From NCBI RefSeq assembly GCF_000039765.1, contig NC_004459.3, positions 1,800,001 through 1,832,000 of the forward strand: a stretch of DNA of 32,000 nucleotides, written 5' to 3'. Origin of the DNA: Vibrio vulnificus CMCP6 (GTDB taxonomy: Bacteria; Pseudomonadota; Gammaproteobacteria; Enterobacterales; Vibrionaceae). The position numbers were made by a program, and so were the translations under genes. A model generated the notes under the pieces. The model made no database searches. It was not told the DNA's origin and saw only the letters and a program-made list of their open reading frames with translations. Below are positions 17,456-28,085 of the stretch, in pieces (position 1 is the first letter of the stretch; every line of letters starts with the position of its first letter).

Positions 17456-18700
17456 ATGGGCCTTAAGAAGTTTCTTGAAGACATCGAACACCACTTTGAA
17501 CCAGGCGGCAAACACGAAAAATGGTTTGCTCTGTACGAAGCTGCGGCAACGCTATTCTACACGCCAGGTTTGGTGACGAAAAAGAGCTCACACGTTCGTG
17601 ATAGCGTTGACCTAAAACGCATCATGATCATGGTTTGGTTTGCAGTGTTCCCAGCAATGTTCTGGGGTATGTACAACGCTGGTGGCCAAGCTATCGCGGC
17701 TCTAAACCACATGTACGCTGGTGATCAACTGGCGCAAATCATTGCAGGTAACTGGCACTACTGGCTAACCGAGATGCTGGGCGGAACGATTTCTGCCGAT
17801 GCAAGCTGGGGTAGTAAGATGTTGCTAGGTGCAACCTACTTCCTACCAATCTACGCAACGGTATTCCTCGTTGGTGGTTTCTGGGAAGTGCTATTCTGTA
17901 TGGTGCGTAAGCACGAAGTTAACGAAGGTTTCTTCGTAACCTCGATCCTTTTCGCATTGATCGTTCCGCCAACACTACCTCTATGGCAAGCAGCGCTAGG
18001 TATTACCTTCGGTGTTGTGGTTGCTAAAGAGATCTTTGGTGGTACTGGTCGTAACTTCCTGAACCCAGCGTTAGCAGGTCGTGCTTTCCTATTCTTCGCT
18101 TACCCAGCACAAATCTCGGGTGACGTAGTGTGGACAGCAGCAGACGGCTTCTCTGGTGCAACTGCGCTAAGCCAGTGGGCTCAAGGCGGCAACAGTGCAC
18201 TAGTAAACACAGTGACTGGTGCGCCAATCACGTGGCTAGACGCGTTCATCGGTAACATCCCAGGTTCAATCGGCGAAGTTTCTACGCTTGCACTGCTTAT
18301 CGGTGCAGCAATGATCGTTTACATGCGAATCGCATCTTGGCGCATCATTGCCGGTGTAATGATCGGTATGATCGTAGTATCGACACTGTTCAACGTGATC
18401 GGTTCTGATACTAACGCAATGTTCAGCATGCCATGGCACTGGCACCTAGTTCTAGGTGGTTTTGCATTCGGTATGTTCTTTATGGCAACCGACCCAGTAT
18501 CGGCTTCATTTACCAACAAAGGTAAGTGGTGGTACGGCATTCTTATCGGTGCAATGTGTGTAATGATTCGTGTTGTTAACCCAGCATACCCAGAAGGCAT
18601 GATGCTGGCGATTCTATTCGCGAACCTGTTTGCACCACTGTTTGACCATCTAGTGGTTGAGAAGAACATCAAGCGGAGACAAGCACGCTATGGCAAGTAA
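17456..18700 (+). CDS. nqrB: Na+-NQR subunit B (integral membrane, FMN attachment)
   Basis: [38 protein letters not shown]; SGAT motif ([13 protein letters not shown]) for covalent FMN. Confidence 0.97.
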   Translation: MGLKKFLEDIEHHFEPGGKHEKWFALYEAAATLFYTPGLVTKKSSHVRDSVDLKRIMIMVWFAVFPAMFWGMYNAGGQAIAALNHMYAGDQLAQIIAGNWHYWLTEMLGGTISADASWGSKMLLGATYFLPIYATVFLVGGFWEVLFCMVRKHEVNEGFFVTSILFALIVPPTLPLWQAALGITFGVVVAKEIFGGTGRNFLNPALAGRAFLFFAYPAQISGDVVWTAADGFSGATALSQWAQGGNSALVNTVTGAPITWLDAFIGNIPGSIGEVSTLALLIGAAMIVYMRIASWRIIAGVMIGMIVVSTLFNVIGSDTNAMFSMPWHWHLVLGGFAFGMFFMATDPVSASFTNKGKWWYGILIGAMCVMIRVVNPAYPEGMMLAILFANLFAPLFDHLVVEKNIKRRQARYGK

Positions 18701-19457
18701 TGACAGCATTAAAAAGACGCTGGGTGTTGTTGTCGGGTTGAGCCTTGTTTGTTCAATCATCGTATCAACAGCAGCAGTCGGTCTGCGTGACCAGCAAAAA
18801 GCTAACGCTGTTTTGGATAAGCAATCCAAGATCATCGAAGTAGCTGGTATCGACAGCAAAGGTAAGAAAGTACCAGAGCTTTTTGCTCAGTACATCGAAC
18901 CACGTCTGGTTGATTTCGCAACAGGTGACTTTGTTGATGGTAATGCAGCAACGTATGACCAACGCAAAGCCGCGAAAGATCCTGCACAGTCTATCAAACT
19001 GACCGCTGAGCAAGATGACGCGAAAATTCTACGTCGTGCAAATACAGGTGTTGTGTACCTAGTGAAAAATGGCGACAGCATTTCTAAGATCATTCTACCG
19101 GTTCACGGTAACGGTCTTTGGTCAATGATGTACGCTTTCGTTGCGGTTGAAACCGACGGTAACACAGTATCAGGTATCACCTACTACGAGCAGGGTGAAA
19201 CTCCGGGATTGGGTGGTGAAGTTGAAAACCCATCTTGGCGTGCACAGTTCGTAGGCAAGAAACTGTTTGACGAAAACCACAAACCAGCTATCAAGGTAGT
19301 GAAAGGTGGTGCGCCAGTTGGTTCTGAGCACGGTGTTGACGGCCTGTCAGGTGCGACACTAACTAGTAACGGTGTTCAACACACATTTGACTTCTGGTTA
19401 GGTGATATGGGCTTTGGTCCATTCCTAGCAAAAGTTCGTGACGGAGGCCTGAACTAA
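18690..19457 (+). CDS. nqrC: Na+-NQR subunit C (covalent FMN)
   Basis: [45 protein letters not shown]; [13 protein letters not shown] flavinylation motif. ATG 18690 overlaps the nqrB end. Confidence 0.97.
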   Translation: MASNDSIKKTLGVVVGLSLVCSIIVSTAAVGLRDQQKANAVLDKQSKIIEVAGIDSKGKKVPELFAQYIEPRLVDFATGDFVDGNAATYDQRKAAKDPAQSIKLTAEQDDAKILRRANTGVVYLVKNGDSISKIILPVHGNGLWSMMYAFVAVETDGNTVSGITYYEQGETPGLGGEVENPSWRAQFVGKKLFDENHKPAIKVVKGGAPVGSEHGVDGLSGATLTSNGVQHTFDFWLGDMGFGPFLAKVRDGGLN

Positions 19458-20089
19458 TGTCTAGTGCACAAAACATTAAAAAGAGCATTCTTGCGCCAGT
19501 ATTGGATAACAACCCAATCGCGCTACAAGTTCTTGGTGTATGTTCTGCGCTTGCAGTAACTACCAAACTAGAAACAGCGTTTGTTATGACACTAGCGGTA
19601 ACGTTTGTAACTGCATTGTCTAACTTCTTTGTTTCTTTAATCCGTAACCACATTCCTAACAGTGTGCGTATCATCGTTCAAATGGCGATCATCGCATCTC
19701 TAGTAATCGTGGTAGACCAGATCTTGAAAGCTTACTTGTACGATATCTCTAAACAGCTATCGGTATTCGTAGGTCTTATCATTACTAACTGTATCGTAAT
19801 GGGTCGTGCAGAAGCGTTCGCGATGAAATCTGCACCAGTTCCATCATTGATCGACGGTATTGGTAACGGTCTTGGTTATGGTTTTGTTCTTATTACTGTG
19901 GGCTTCTTCCGTGAACTATTCGGTAGCGGTAAGTTGTTTGGTATGGAAGTACTACCACTAGTGAACAATGGTGGTTGGTATCAGCCAAATGGTCTGATGC
20001 TTCTAGCGCCATCTGCATTCTTCCTAATCGGCTTCATGATTTGGGCGATCCGTACGTTCAAACCAGAGCAAGTAGAAGCGAAGGAGTAA
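19457..20089 (+). CDS. nqrD: Na+-NQR subunit D
   Basis: [44 protein letters not shown]; RnfE/NqrD-type membrane protein in operon order. Confidence 0.97.
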   Translation: MSSAQNIKKSILAPVLDNNPIALQVLGVCSALAVTTKLETAFVMTLAVTFVTALSNFFVSLIRNHIPNSVRIIVQMAIIASLVIVVDQILKAYLYDISKQLSVFVGLIITNCIVMGRAEAFAMKSAPVPSLIDGIGNGLGYGFVLITVGFFRELFGSGKLFGMEVLPLVNNGGWYQPNGLMLLAPSAFFLIGFMIWAIRTFKPEQVEAKE

Positions 20090-20096
20090 GGGCAAC

Positions 20097-20693
20097 ATGG
20101 AACATTACATCAGTCTGTTAATTAAATCGATTTTCATCGAGAACATGGCTCTGTCTTTCTTCTTGGGTATGTGTACCTTCTTGGCGGTATCTAAGAAAGT
20201 AAAGACCTCTTTCGGTCTAGGTGTTGCAGTAGTGGTTGTTTTGACTATCGCTGTACCAGTAAACAACCTGGTTTACAACCTAGTACTTAAGGAAAACGCG
20301 CTGGTCGAAGGCGTGGATCTGAGCTTCCTAAACTTCATCACCTTTATCGGTGTAATTGCGGCACTTGTACAGATTCTAGAGATGATTCTTGACCGTTTCT
20401 TCCCGCCTTTGTACAACGCGCTAGGCATCTTCCTACCGCTGATCACAGTAAACTGTGCGATCTTCGGTGGTGTATCTTTCATGGTACAACGTGACTACAA
20501 CTTCGCTGAATCTGTTGTTTATGGTTTCGGTGCAGGTGTGGGTTGGATGCTCGCGATCGTGGCCCTTGCAGGTATCCGTGAGAAGATGAAGTACTCAGAT
20601 GTACCTCCTGGTCTACGTGGTTTAGGTATTACCTTTATCACTGTAGGTTTGATGGCGTTAGGCTTTATGTCTTTCTCTGGTGTTCAACTGTAA
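20097..20693 (+). CDS. nqrE: Na+-NQR subunit E
   Basis: [42 protein letters not shown], with NCAIFGG. Confidence 0.97.
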   Translation: MEHYISLLIKSIFIENMALSFFLGMCTFLAVSKKVKTSFGLGVAVVVVLTIAVPVNNLVYNLVLKENALVEGVDLSFLNFITFIGVIAALVQILEMILDRFFPPLYNALGIFLPLITVNCAIFGGVSFMVQRDYNFAESVVYGFGAGVGWMLAIVALAGIREKMKYSDVPPGLRGLGITFITVGLMALGFMSFSGVQL

Positions 20694-20726
20694 GTCGGGT
20701 AAACCGCAACAATTAAGGAATAGTCA

Positions 20727-21950
20727 ATGGACATTATTCTTGGTGTCGTGATGTTTACTCTGATCGTACTGGCTTTAGTACTAGTGATTCTTTTCGCTAA
20801 GTCTAAGCTTGTACCAACAGGTGACATTACAATTTCTATCAACGGCGACGCAGATAAGTCGATCGTTACTTCTCCAGGTGGCAAGCTACTAAGCGCGTTA
20901 GCTGGTGCAGGTGTATTCGTTTCTTCTGCTTGTGGTGGCGGTGGCTCTTGTGGTCAGTGTCGCGTAAAAGTGAAGAGCGGTGGTGGTGATATCCTTCCAA
21001 CTGAGTTGGATCACATCACTAAAGGTGAAGCGCGTGAAGGTGAGCGTCTAGCGTGTCAGGTGGCTGTGAAAACAGACATGGACATCGAGCTACCAGAAGA
21101 AATCTTCGGCGTTAAAAAGTGGGAATGTACAGTTATCTCTAACGATAACAAAGCAACATTCATTAAAGAGCTTAAGCTACAAATTCCAGATGGCGAATCA
21201 GTACCTTTCCGTGCTGGTGGTTACATCCAGATTGAAGCACCAGCTCACCACGTTAAATACGCAGATTTCGACGTACCAGAAGAGTACCGCGGTGACTGGG
21301 ACAAGTTTAACTTGTTCCGTTACGAGTCTATCGTAAAAGAAGACATCATCCGTGCATACTCAATGGCGAACTACCCTGAAGAGTTCGGCATCATCATGCT
21401 AAACGTACGTATCGCGACTCCGCCGCCAAATAACCCAGACGTAGCACCGGGTCAGATGTCTTCTTACATCTGGTCACTAAAAGAAGGTGATAAGTGTACG
21501 ATTTCTGGTCCATTTGGTGAGTTCTTCGCGAAAGACACAGATGCAGAAATGGTCTTCATCGGTGGTGGTGCAGGTATGGCTCCTATGCGTTCTCATATCT
21601 TTGACCAACTGAAGCGTTTGAAGTCTAAGCGTAAGATGTCTTACTGGTACGGCGCGCGTTCTAAGCGTGAAATGTTCTACGTAGAAGATTTCGATGGCCT
21701 AGCGGCTGAGAATGATAACTTCGTATGGCACTGTGCACTGTCTGATCCACTCCCAGAAGATAACTGGGATGGTTACACAGGCTTCATCCACAATGTGCTT
21801 TACGAAAACTATCTGCGTGATCACGATGCACCAGAAGATTGTGAATACTACATGTGTGGTCCACCGATGATGAACGCGGCTGTTATCGGCATGCTGAAAA
21901 ATCTCGGTGTTGAAGATGAAAACATCCTACTGGATGACTTCGGTGGTTAA
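20727..21950 (+). CDS. nqrF: Na+-NQR subunit F (2Fe-2S, FAD, NADH dehydrogenase)
   Basis: [10 protein letters not shown] ferredoxin cluster, [12 protein letters not shown] site, [14 protein letters not shown] site. Confidence 0.97.
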
Positions 21951-21972
21951 TTTCATCTAACCCATTGAAACT

Positions 21973-22004
21973 ATGGCTGGCTCGTAGGAGCCAGCCATTC
22001 TTTT
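21973..22004 (+). terminator. Intrinsic terminator after nqrF
   Basis: ATGGCTGGCTC-GTAG-GAGCCAGCCAT followed by TCTTTTTT: 11-bp perfect arms. Confidence 0.9.
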
Positions 22005-22120
22005 TTCCTCGCTATTCTTTTTTCTTTTTTTGAATAGTGCGCCAAATGGCCATAGAAAATCGGTGCGTTAACCGTGAACCTATTTTCCATATCCATTTAA
22101 TAACAATAGGAGTTTAACAA

Positions 22121-23128
22121 GTGAAAAAGTGGCTTGTTGCTTTCGCTTCTCTATTGGTACTTGCTGGTTGCGAAAAGCCCGCAGAGCAGGTACATCTTAG
22201 CGGCCCAACGATGGGCACGACTTACAATATCAAATACATCACTCAAGAAGGTTTACCAAAGCCGGACGTACTTCAGCAAGAGATCGACCGTTTGCTAGAA
22301 GAAGTTAACGATCAGATGTCGACGTACCGAAAAACCTCTGAATTGAGCCGTTTTAATCAGTCTCGCGATTCTGCGCCGTTCGCGGTTTCTCAACAAACGG
22401 CCACCGTTGTTAAGGAAGCGATTCGTCTCAATCATTTGACCTTGGGGGCGTTGGATGTCACCGTTGGGCCTTTGGTTAACCTGTGGGGATTTGGTCCTGA
22501 AGCGCGTCGTGATGTCGTGCCGAGTGCTGAGGATTTAGCTGAGCGTAAAGCGCAAACAGGCATCGAGCATTTGTCGGTTGTCGATAACACGTTGATCAAA
22601 ACCTTGCCTAACCTCTATGTGGATCTATCGACGATCGCGAAAGGTTGGGGCGTTGATGTGGTTGCAGACTATATTCAATCTCAAGGTGTACAAAACTACA
22701 TGGTCGAAATCGGCGGTGAAATTCGCTTAAAAGGGGTTAACCGTGAAGGTGTGCCTTGGCGTATCGCGATTGAAAAACCGTCGGTAGAAGAGCGTGCTAT
22801 CCAAGATATTATCGAACCGGGTGATATGGCGATCGCGACTTCCGGTGATTACCGTAACTACTTTGAGCGTGATGGTATTCGTTATTCTCACATCATTAAT
22901 CCAAAAACAGGCATGCCAATTAACCATAAAGTGGTTTCTGTCACCGTGTTAGACAAATCCTCGATGACAGCAGATGGTCTTGCAACCGGTCTAATGGTGT
23001 TGGGTGAAGAAAAAGGCATTGAGATCGCTAATCAAAATAGCATCCCAGTGCTAATGATCGTGAAAACAGATGATGGCTTTACAGAAATCGCTTCTGATGC
23101 GTATAAGCCATATTTGAAGAATCAATAA
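22121..23128 (+). CDS. apbE: FAD:protein FMN transferase ApbE (lipoprotein)
   Basis: GTG start at 22121 with AGGAG; lipobox LLVLAGC; GPTMGTTYNIKY and TADGLATGLMVLG ApbE motifs. Confidence 0.93.
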   Translation: MKKWLVAFASLLVLAGCEKPAEQVHLSGPTMGTTYNIKYITQEGLPKPDVLQQEIDRLLEEVNDQMSTYRKTSELSRFNQSRDSAPFAVSQQTATVVKEAIRLNHLTLGALDVTVGPLVNLWGFGPEARRDVVPSAEDLAERKAQTGIEHLSVVDNTLIKTLPNLYVDLSTIAKGWGVDVVADYIQSQGVQNYMVEIGGEIRLKGVNREGVPWRIAIEKPSVEERAIQDIIEPGDMAIATSGDYRNYFERDGIRYSHIINPKTGMPINHKVVSVTVLDKSSMTADGLATGLMVLGEEKGIEIANQNSIPVLMIVKTDDGFTEIASDAYKPYLKNQ

Positions 23129-23147
23129 GTGATATAGGTTTGTTGAT

Positions 23148-23381
23148 ATGAGTACATTTCTAATTACCTTTGGTGTGTTTGTCGCCGTAATTGCCGCGAT
23201 GGCAGTGGGCTACATCTTCCAGAAAAAGGTGGTGAAGGGAAGCTGTGGCGGTCTGGGTGCTGTTGGCATTGAAAAAGTGTGTAACTGCCCTGAGCCCTGT
23301 GATGCGCGTAAAAAACGCGAAGCACGTGAAGCCGCGCGAGCGGAAAAATTGGCTCAGTGGGACAAAGACCGCATCGCTTAA
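23148..23381 (+). CDS. nqrM: Na+-NQR maturation protein NqrM (DUF539)
   Basis: 77 aa, N-terminal TM, Cys-rich motif KGSCGGLGAVGIEKVCNCPEPCDARKK, immediately after apbE. Confidence 0.92.
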   Translation: MSTFLITFGVFVAVIAAMAVGYIFQKKVVKGSCGGLGAVGIEKVCNCPEPCDARKKREAREAARAEKLAQWDKDRIA

Positions 23382-23386
23382 AATGA

Positions 23387-23409
23387 AAAACGCCCGCATC
23401 GGGCGTTTT
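23387..23409. terminator. Bidirectional intrinsic terminator
   Basis: AAAACGCCCG-CAT-CGGGCGTTTT between convergent nqrM and the GGDEF gene. Confidence 0.88.
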
Positions 23410-23411
23410 CT

Positions 23412-24662
23412 TTATCGGCTAACTACTTGGTTTCGTCCGTTGGCTTTTGCTTGGTACAAGTAGCCATCGGCTTCTTTGATTTGATTTTCAAGCTCATCTT
23501 GCAAAGAAGCCACACCAATACTGATGGTGATATGAATGTTATGCGCTTTGTGTGTAATGGTGGTTTTCTCGACCCGCTGCCTCATGTGCTCTAAGCGAGT
23601 GACAAAGTCGTCGTAACTTTGACAAGATTGAATACAAAATTCTTCACCGCCAAACCGCGCGACAATTTCTCCGGGGAAATAAATTTTCAGGATGTTAGCG
23701 ACCGTTTTTAAGGCGATGTCACCGCCATCATGGCCATAGGTATCATTCACTTTTTTGAAGTGATCAATATCAAGCATCGCAATATGGCGCAATTCACAGC
23801 TGTTACAGGACTGACTAAAAAGATAACGACGATTCCAAAGGCCTGTCAGGGCATCTTGGTTAGCCATACGATAGAGCTCATTGGTTGCTTCTTTCATGTC
23901 GAGTATTTGATGGACACGGCAGAAAAACTCTTCCTGATTAAAGGGCTTATAGAGAAAGTCATTCGCGCCTGCTTTCAAAAAGCGGGCAGTCATCGTCCGA
24001 TCGTCGCTGCCAGACAGCCCTAAAATGGCTAACTTGTTCTTATCGGTATGTACGCGAATTTCACGAATCATGGTGATGCCGTCTTTTTCTGGCATGTCAT
24101 GGTCGGTGATCACAAACGTCACTTCGGGATGTTGCTTCAGGACCTCTAGCGCTTGAGTGCCATTTTCCGCTTCCAGTGTTTCGATATATTGGTGTTCCAG
24201 TAACTGTGTAATGTGCTTTCTCACCACTTTGGAATCGTCAACCACCAATGCCTTATGCTGACGGTTGTTCGTGAGGCGTTTAATTAGAGGCAACAAGTAG
24301 GAAACTGACGCCATACTGTCTTTCAAAATGTAATCCAAAACCCCTTTGGCAAGCACTTTAGAGCGAATCTCTTCGCTAAACATCGCCGTTAGGACGATCA
24401 CTTTTTGCTGGTGATGTAACGCAAGATCAATCACTTCACCATCTTGACCGTCTGGCAGACAATAATCCAAAACGGCGCAAAGAAACTCGTGATTTTCTGC
24501 AAGGAAAGTTTGCGCTTCAGCTAAATTCTCTGCCGCAAAAACGTCATATCCCGCTTGGGAGAGTTGTTGCTGGAGGTAATTACGAAAGGCTCGGCTATCT
24601 TCTACAACTAGTATTTTATTACCCAAGGAAGAGGCCTCCGGACCATTATTAACAACTAACAT
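23412..24662 (-). CDS. Response regulator with tandem REC domains and C-terminal GGDEF (diguanylate cyclase)
   Basis: REC1 ILVVEDSR...VLDYCLPDG; REC2 ALVVDDSK...ITDHDMPEKDG; GGDEF: DALTGLWNRRYLF...ARFGGEEFCI. Confidence 0.92.
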   Translation of the reverse strand: MLVVNNGPEASSLGNKILVVEDSRAFRNYLQQQLSQAGYDVFAAENLAEAQTFLAENHEFLCAVLDYCLPDGQDGEVIDLALHHQQKVIVLTAMFSEEIRSKVLAKGVLDYILKDSMASVSYLLPLIKRLTNNRQHKALVVDDSKVVRKHITQLLEHQYIETLEAENGTQALEVLKQHPEVTFVITDHDMPEKDGITMIREIRVHTDKNKLAILGLSGSDDRTMTARFLKAGANDFLYKPFNQEEFFCRVHQILDMKEATNELYRMANQDALTGLWNRRYLFSQSCNSCELRHIAMLDIDHFKKVNDTYGHDGGDIALKTVANILKIYFPGEIVARFGGEEFCIQSCQSYDDFVTRLEHMRQRVEKTTITHKAHNIHITISIGVASLQDELENQIKEADGYLYQAKANGRNQVVSR

Positions 24663-24779
24663 AAATAATATGTAGGACTAACAAAGTTGCCACAAATAAG
24701 CGATTTGTTTGTTTGCTAATTGGGCTGAATCTCAAAATAACGACATGCATACGGATTCATTAATGGCGATAGAGAACGA

Positions 24780-24821
24780 TTGAGAATGTCTCAATTGCCT
24801 GTATACTGTGTTTTTGTCCAG
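24780..24821 (+). promoter_or_regulatory. Putative dinB promoter with overlapping LexA (SOS) box
   Basis: TTGAGA (24780-24785)-N16-TATACT (24802-24807); CTG-TGTTTTTGTC-CAG (24806-24821) fits CTG-N10-CAG, about 20 bp before the ATG at 24841. Confidence 0.6.
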
Positions 24822-24840
24822 TTATTGATTGTGTTGTTGT

Positions 24841-25905
24841 ATGTCTACGCAAATGCGAAAAATCATCCATATAGATATGGACTGCTTCTATGCCGCAGTA
24901 GAGATGCGTGATAACCCAAATTTCCGCAGCCGGCCTCTGGCGGTTGGAGGGCACGAAAAGCAGCGTGGGGTCATCAGTACCTGTAATTATGAAGCGCGTA
25001 AGTTTGGCGTGAGAAGTGCGATGCCAACGGCACAAGCGCTGAAATTGTGTCCTAGTTTGCTGGTTGTGCCTGGGCGAATGCAGGTATACAAAGAGGTTTC
25101 AACGCACATTCGCAGTATCTTCTCACGTTACACTCATTTGATTGAGCCACTCTCGCTTGATGAAGCGTATTTAGATGTAACGGATTCCACACAATGTCAT
25201 GGTTCGGCAACCTTAATTGCTGAAGCGATTCGCCGTGACATTTGGAATGAGCTACAACTCACGGCGTCGGCAGGCGTTGCTCCGATTAAATTTCTCGCCA
25301 AAGTGGCCTCGGACATGAACAAACCGAATGGCCAGTTTGTGATTCCACCAGAGCAAGTTCAGAGTGTGATTGATACTTTGCCTTTACAAAAAATCCCTGG
25401 GGTTGGCAAAGTGAGTTTAGAGAAGTTGAACCAAGCGGGCTTGTACGTTTGCCAAGATGTGAAAAACAGCGATTATCGTCAGCTACTCAAGCAATTTGGT
25501 CGCTTAGGGGCGTCGCTATGGCAGCGCAGCCATGGTATTGATGAGCGAGAGGTGATCGTCGAGCGAGAACGTAAATCAGTCGGAGTCGAGCGCACTTTTA
25601 CGCAAAATATTGTGACCTATGAACAGTGTTGGCAAGTGATCGAAGAGAAATTGTTTCCCGAGCTGGCCATTCGTTTAGAAAAAGCCAATCCTGAAAAAGC
25701 GATCATTAAGCAAGGGATCAAAATGAAATTCGCCGACTTTCAATTGACGACGATAGAGCATGTTCACCATGAGCTCGAACTGGCCTATTTCCGCGAGTTG
25801 TTGCAGGACATTCTTCAACGTCAAAAGGGGCGTGAAATTCGCTTACTAGGGCTCAGTGTGATGCTTAAGCCAGAAGAGCAAGCGCGGCAACTCAGCTTGC
25901 TCTAA
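24841..25905 (+). CDS. dinB: DNA polymerase IV
   Basis: MRKIIHIDMDCFYAAVEMRDNPNFR...SLDEAYLDVT...GVAPIKFLAKVASDMNKPNGQ. ATG 24841 (MSTQMRK) chosen; 24853 is also possible. Confidence 0.95.
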   Translation: MSTQMRKIIHIDMDCFYAAVEMRDNPNFRSRPLAVGGHEKQRGVISTCNYEARKFGVRSAMPTAQALKLCPSLLVVPGRMQVYKEVSTHIRSIFSRYTHLIEPLSLDEAYLDVTDSTQCHGSATLIAEAIRRDIWNELQLTASAGVAPIKFLAKVASDMNKPNGQFVIPPEQVQSVIDTLPLQKIPGVGKVSLEKLNQAGLYVCQDVKNSDYRQLLKQFGRLGASLWQRSHGIDEREVIVERERKSVGVERTFTQNIVTYEQCWQVIEEKLFPELAIRLEKANPEKAIIKQGIKMKFADFQLTTIEHVHHELELAYFRELLQDILQRQKGREIRLLGLSVMLKPEEQARQLSLL

Positions 25906-25933
25906 TCGCTTTGGGTTGTTTCCCTAGGTCTGA

Positions 25934-27853
25934 TTAGCTTCGTTTACTGACACGCGCGAGTACTTCTCCATAAGGTGCGCGTTCCAACTGCGCAAATCCC
26001 TTCAACTTTTTCGCTTTTAGTTGAGTGAGCTTAGGTGTGCTGATCCCACAAAGGAAACGCGTGATGAGCTCTGCACTCAGCGGCTGTGAGGTTTGACTCT
26101 GCAACTGAGCAATCCATTCATCAAGCGCTTGCTGAGGAATGTCCGTCAGCATTTCTTTGGGAAGGGTGGCTTGCTGGCCTCGGCATGCTGAGCAGTGGCC
26201 ACATTGCTGTGGTGCGTTATGATCGGAAAAGTAGTGCGCGAGCTTATGACTGAGGCACTCACCTGATTCAAAAAAGTGGAGCATATGATGGATCCGTTCG
26301 ACATCACTTTGCTCTTTGTTTTTGAAGAGTTGATAAATCTGCTCGGTGAGATCTTCTGCGGAATACTCAATCGGCTTTACCGCAAACACGTCCGTCATTT
26401 GCTTACTTTCCAGTTCTATCCAGCCTTGTTGATGAAGGTAATCTAACGCAGCCACACAACGTGACCGTTCGGCATGATAGCGATGCCAAAGGGCCTCGAA
26501 ATCGGTTTGACACCAGACCCTTGCTTGTGGAGAACAATCAAAAACAGCCTGCAAAAAGGCGCCTCGTTCACCCTGAAAGCGCTGCACAATTTCACTGGCA
26601 GGACGAAGAAACTTGAAACGATACTCAGCAAAATAGGCGTACATGGGCTCGATGAGACCAGCCATTTCAAGGTATACCAATAGTGTCTTTAGCGGCAGTT
26701 GGCGAATGTTGGTATCGTTAGAAAGGCGGGCGATGATCACCTCCCATCGTTCACCAGAGGCTTGTATTTGTTGGATCACCGAGCTGATGTCATCTCGTTC
26801 AGGCGTATCGCCATAAATGAAATTTTCCAGTGTGCTTAACCCGCTTTGATTGGCCAAGACGATGCAATCGGACTTCTGGCCATCTCGACCGGCTCGACCG
26901 ATTTCTTGGGCGTAGTTTTCAATCGATTTGGGTAAGTCGAAATGGATTACTCGGCGAATATCGGCTTTATCTACCCCCATTCCAAAAGCGATGGTTGCGA
27001 CAATACAGTCCAGTTGGCCTTGCATAAACTGTGTTTGTATCGTGCTACGCAACTCGTTATCCAATCCGGCATGATAGGCTGAAGCGCGTATGCCTTCGTC
27101 TTGCAGTAGGGTAGCAACTTGACTTGCGGTATGTTGCAACGTGACATAGACAATGGTTGGGGCGTTAGGGGCCTGTTGTACTATTTTCAGCAGTGCGTCT
27201 GCTTTGTCTTCATTGCGACAAGGGGTCACGTGGAGATCAAGATTGGCGCGATAAAACCCGGTGACAACAACATTGTCCTTTTTGATGGCAAATTTGCGTT
27301 GCATGTCTGCTATCACATTTTCTGTTGCAGTGGCGGTCAGCAGCAGAACTTGTGGAATGTTTAATGTCGCTTGATAGCTCGGAAGTTTGAGGTAATCCGG
27401 GCGGAAATTATGCCCCCACTCTGAAATACAGTGTGCTTCATCCACTACCAGTAATGAGATCGGTACTTGGGCGATGAACTGTCGGAAACGTTCGTTCTTG
27501 AGGCGCTCGACAGAGATCATCAGTATTTTTATTTCCCCGGCATTAACCGCTTGCATAATCGCCTGTGTTTGTTCTTTGCTTTGGCCAGATTCGATGGCTG
27601 CTGCAGCAATACCTTTGCTATGCAGAAAAGCCAACTGATCTTTCATTAAGGCAATGAGCGGTGAGACCACCAGAGTTAAGTGGGGGAGGTGCAAAGCGGG
27701 TAATTGATAACAAAGAGATTTACCAGAGCCAGTTGGGAAAATGGCGGCCGCAGAATGGCCAGTCAGTACCGCATCGACGACTTGCTGTTGGCCTTGGCGT
27801 AATGCCTCAAAACCAAAGATATGGTGTAACGTATCGCGAATGTCATGTTGCAT
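25934..27853 (-). CDS. RecQ-family ATP-dependent DNA helicase (short form)
   Basis: Walker A FPTGSGKSLCYQLPAL, DEAH box VVDEAHCISEWGHNFRPDY, motif VI RAGRDGQ, zinc-type CGHCSAC. Start MQHDIRDTLHHIFGFEALRQGQQQVVDAVL at 27853; the track extension to 28048 is unlikely coding. Confidence 0.92.
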   Translation of the reverse strand: MQHDIRDTLHHIFGFEALRQGQQQVVDAVLTGHSAAAIFPTGSGKSLCYQLPALHLPHLTLVVSPLIALMKDQLAFLHSKGIAAAAIESGQSKEQTQAIMQAVNAGEIKILMISVERLKNERFRQFIAQVPISLLVVDEAHCISEWGHNFRPDYLKLPSYQATLNIPQVLLLTATATENVIADMQRKFAIKKDNVVVTGFYRANLDLHVTPCRNEDKADALLKIVQQAPNAPTIVYVTLQHTASQVATLLQDEGIRASAYHAGLDNELRSTIQTQFMQGQLDCIVATIAFGMGVDKADIRRVIHFDLPKSIENYAQEIGRAGRDGQKSDCIVLANQSGLSTLENFIYGDTPERDDISSVIQQIQASGERWEVIIARLSNDTNIRQLPLKTLLVYLEMAGLIEPMYAYFAEYRFKFLRPASEIVQRFQGERGAFLQAVFDCSPQARVWCQTDFEALWHRYHAERSRCVAALDYLHQQGWIELESKQMTDVFAVKPIEYSAEDLTEQIYQLFKNKEQSDVERIHHMLHFFESGECLSHKLAHYFSDHNAPQQCGHCSACRGQQATLPKEMLTDIPQQALDEWIAQLQSQTSQPLSAELITRFLCGISTPKLTQLKAKKLKGFAQLERAPYGEVLARVSKRS

Positions 27854-28085
27854 CGTTGGGATGGCTCTTGCTAGGGAAATCAGAGTGCTATCATACCGAG
27901 AAAGTGCGTTTTTCTCACCTTCAAGATGGGGTGAAAAAGTATGATGTTTCGCGTCTCTACGCCCAAGGACGGTAATTTGGTCGTGTGGATAGAGGCTAAT
28001 AATGGGACAAGAGTTGTGACAATTTACTGACAAAATACACATCACCAACTGTTATAGTTCGGCAAAAAACAATTAAGGGAAAGTC

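Noticed and set aside
24760-25035. 91-aa minus-strand ORF over the dinB promoter and 5' end
   Set aside because: Antisense to dinB and would pass through its promoter; no recognised domain.
27854-28048. N-terminal extension of the RecQ-like ORF
   Set aside because: MVMCILSVNCHNSCPII... does not look like a conserved RecQ start, and the canonical start MQHDIRDTLHHIFG fits at 27853.
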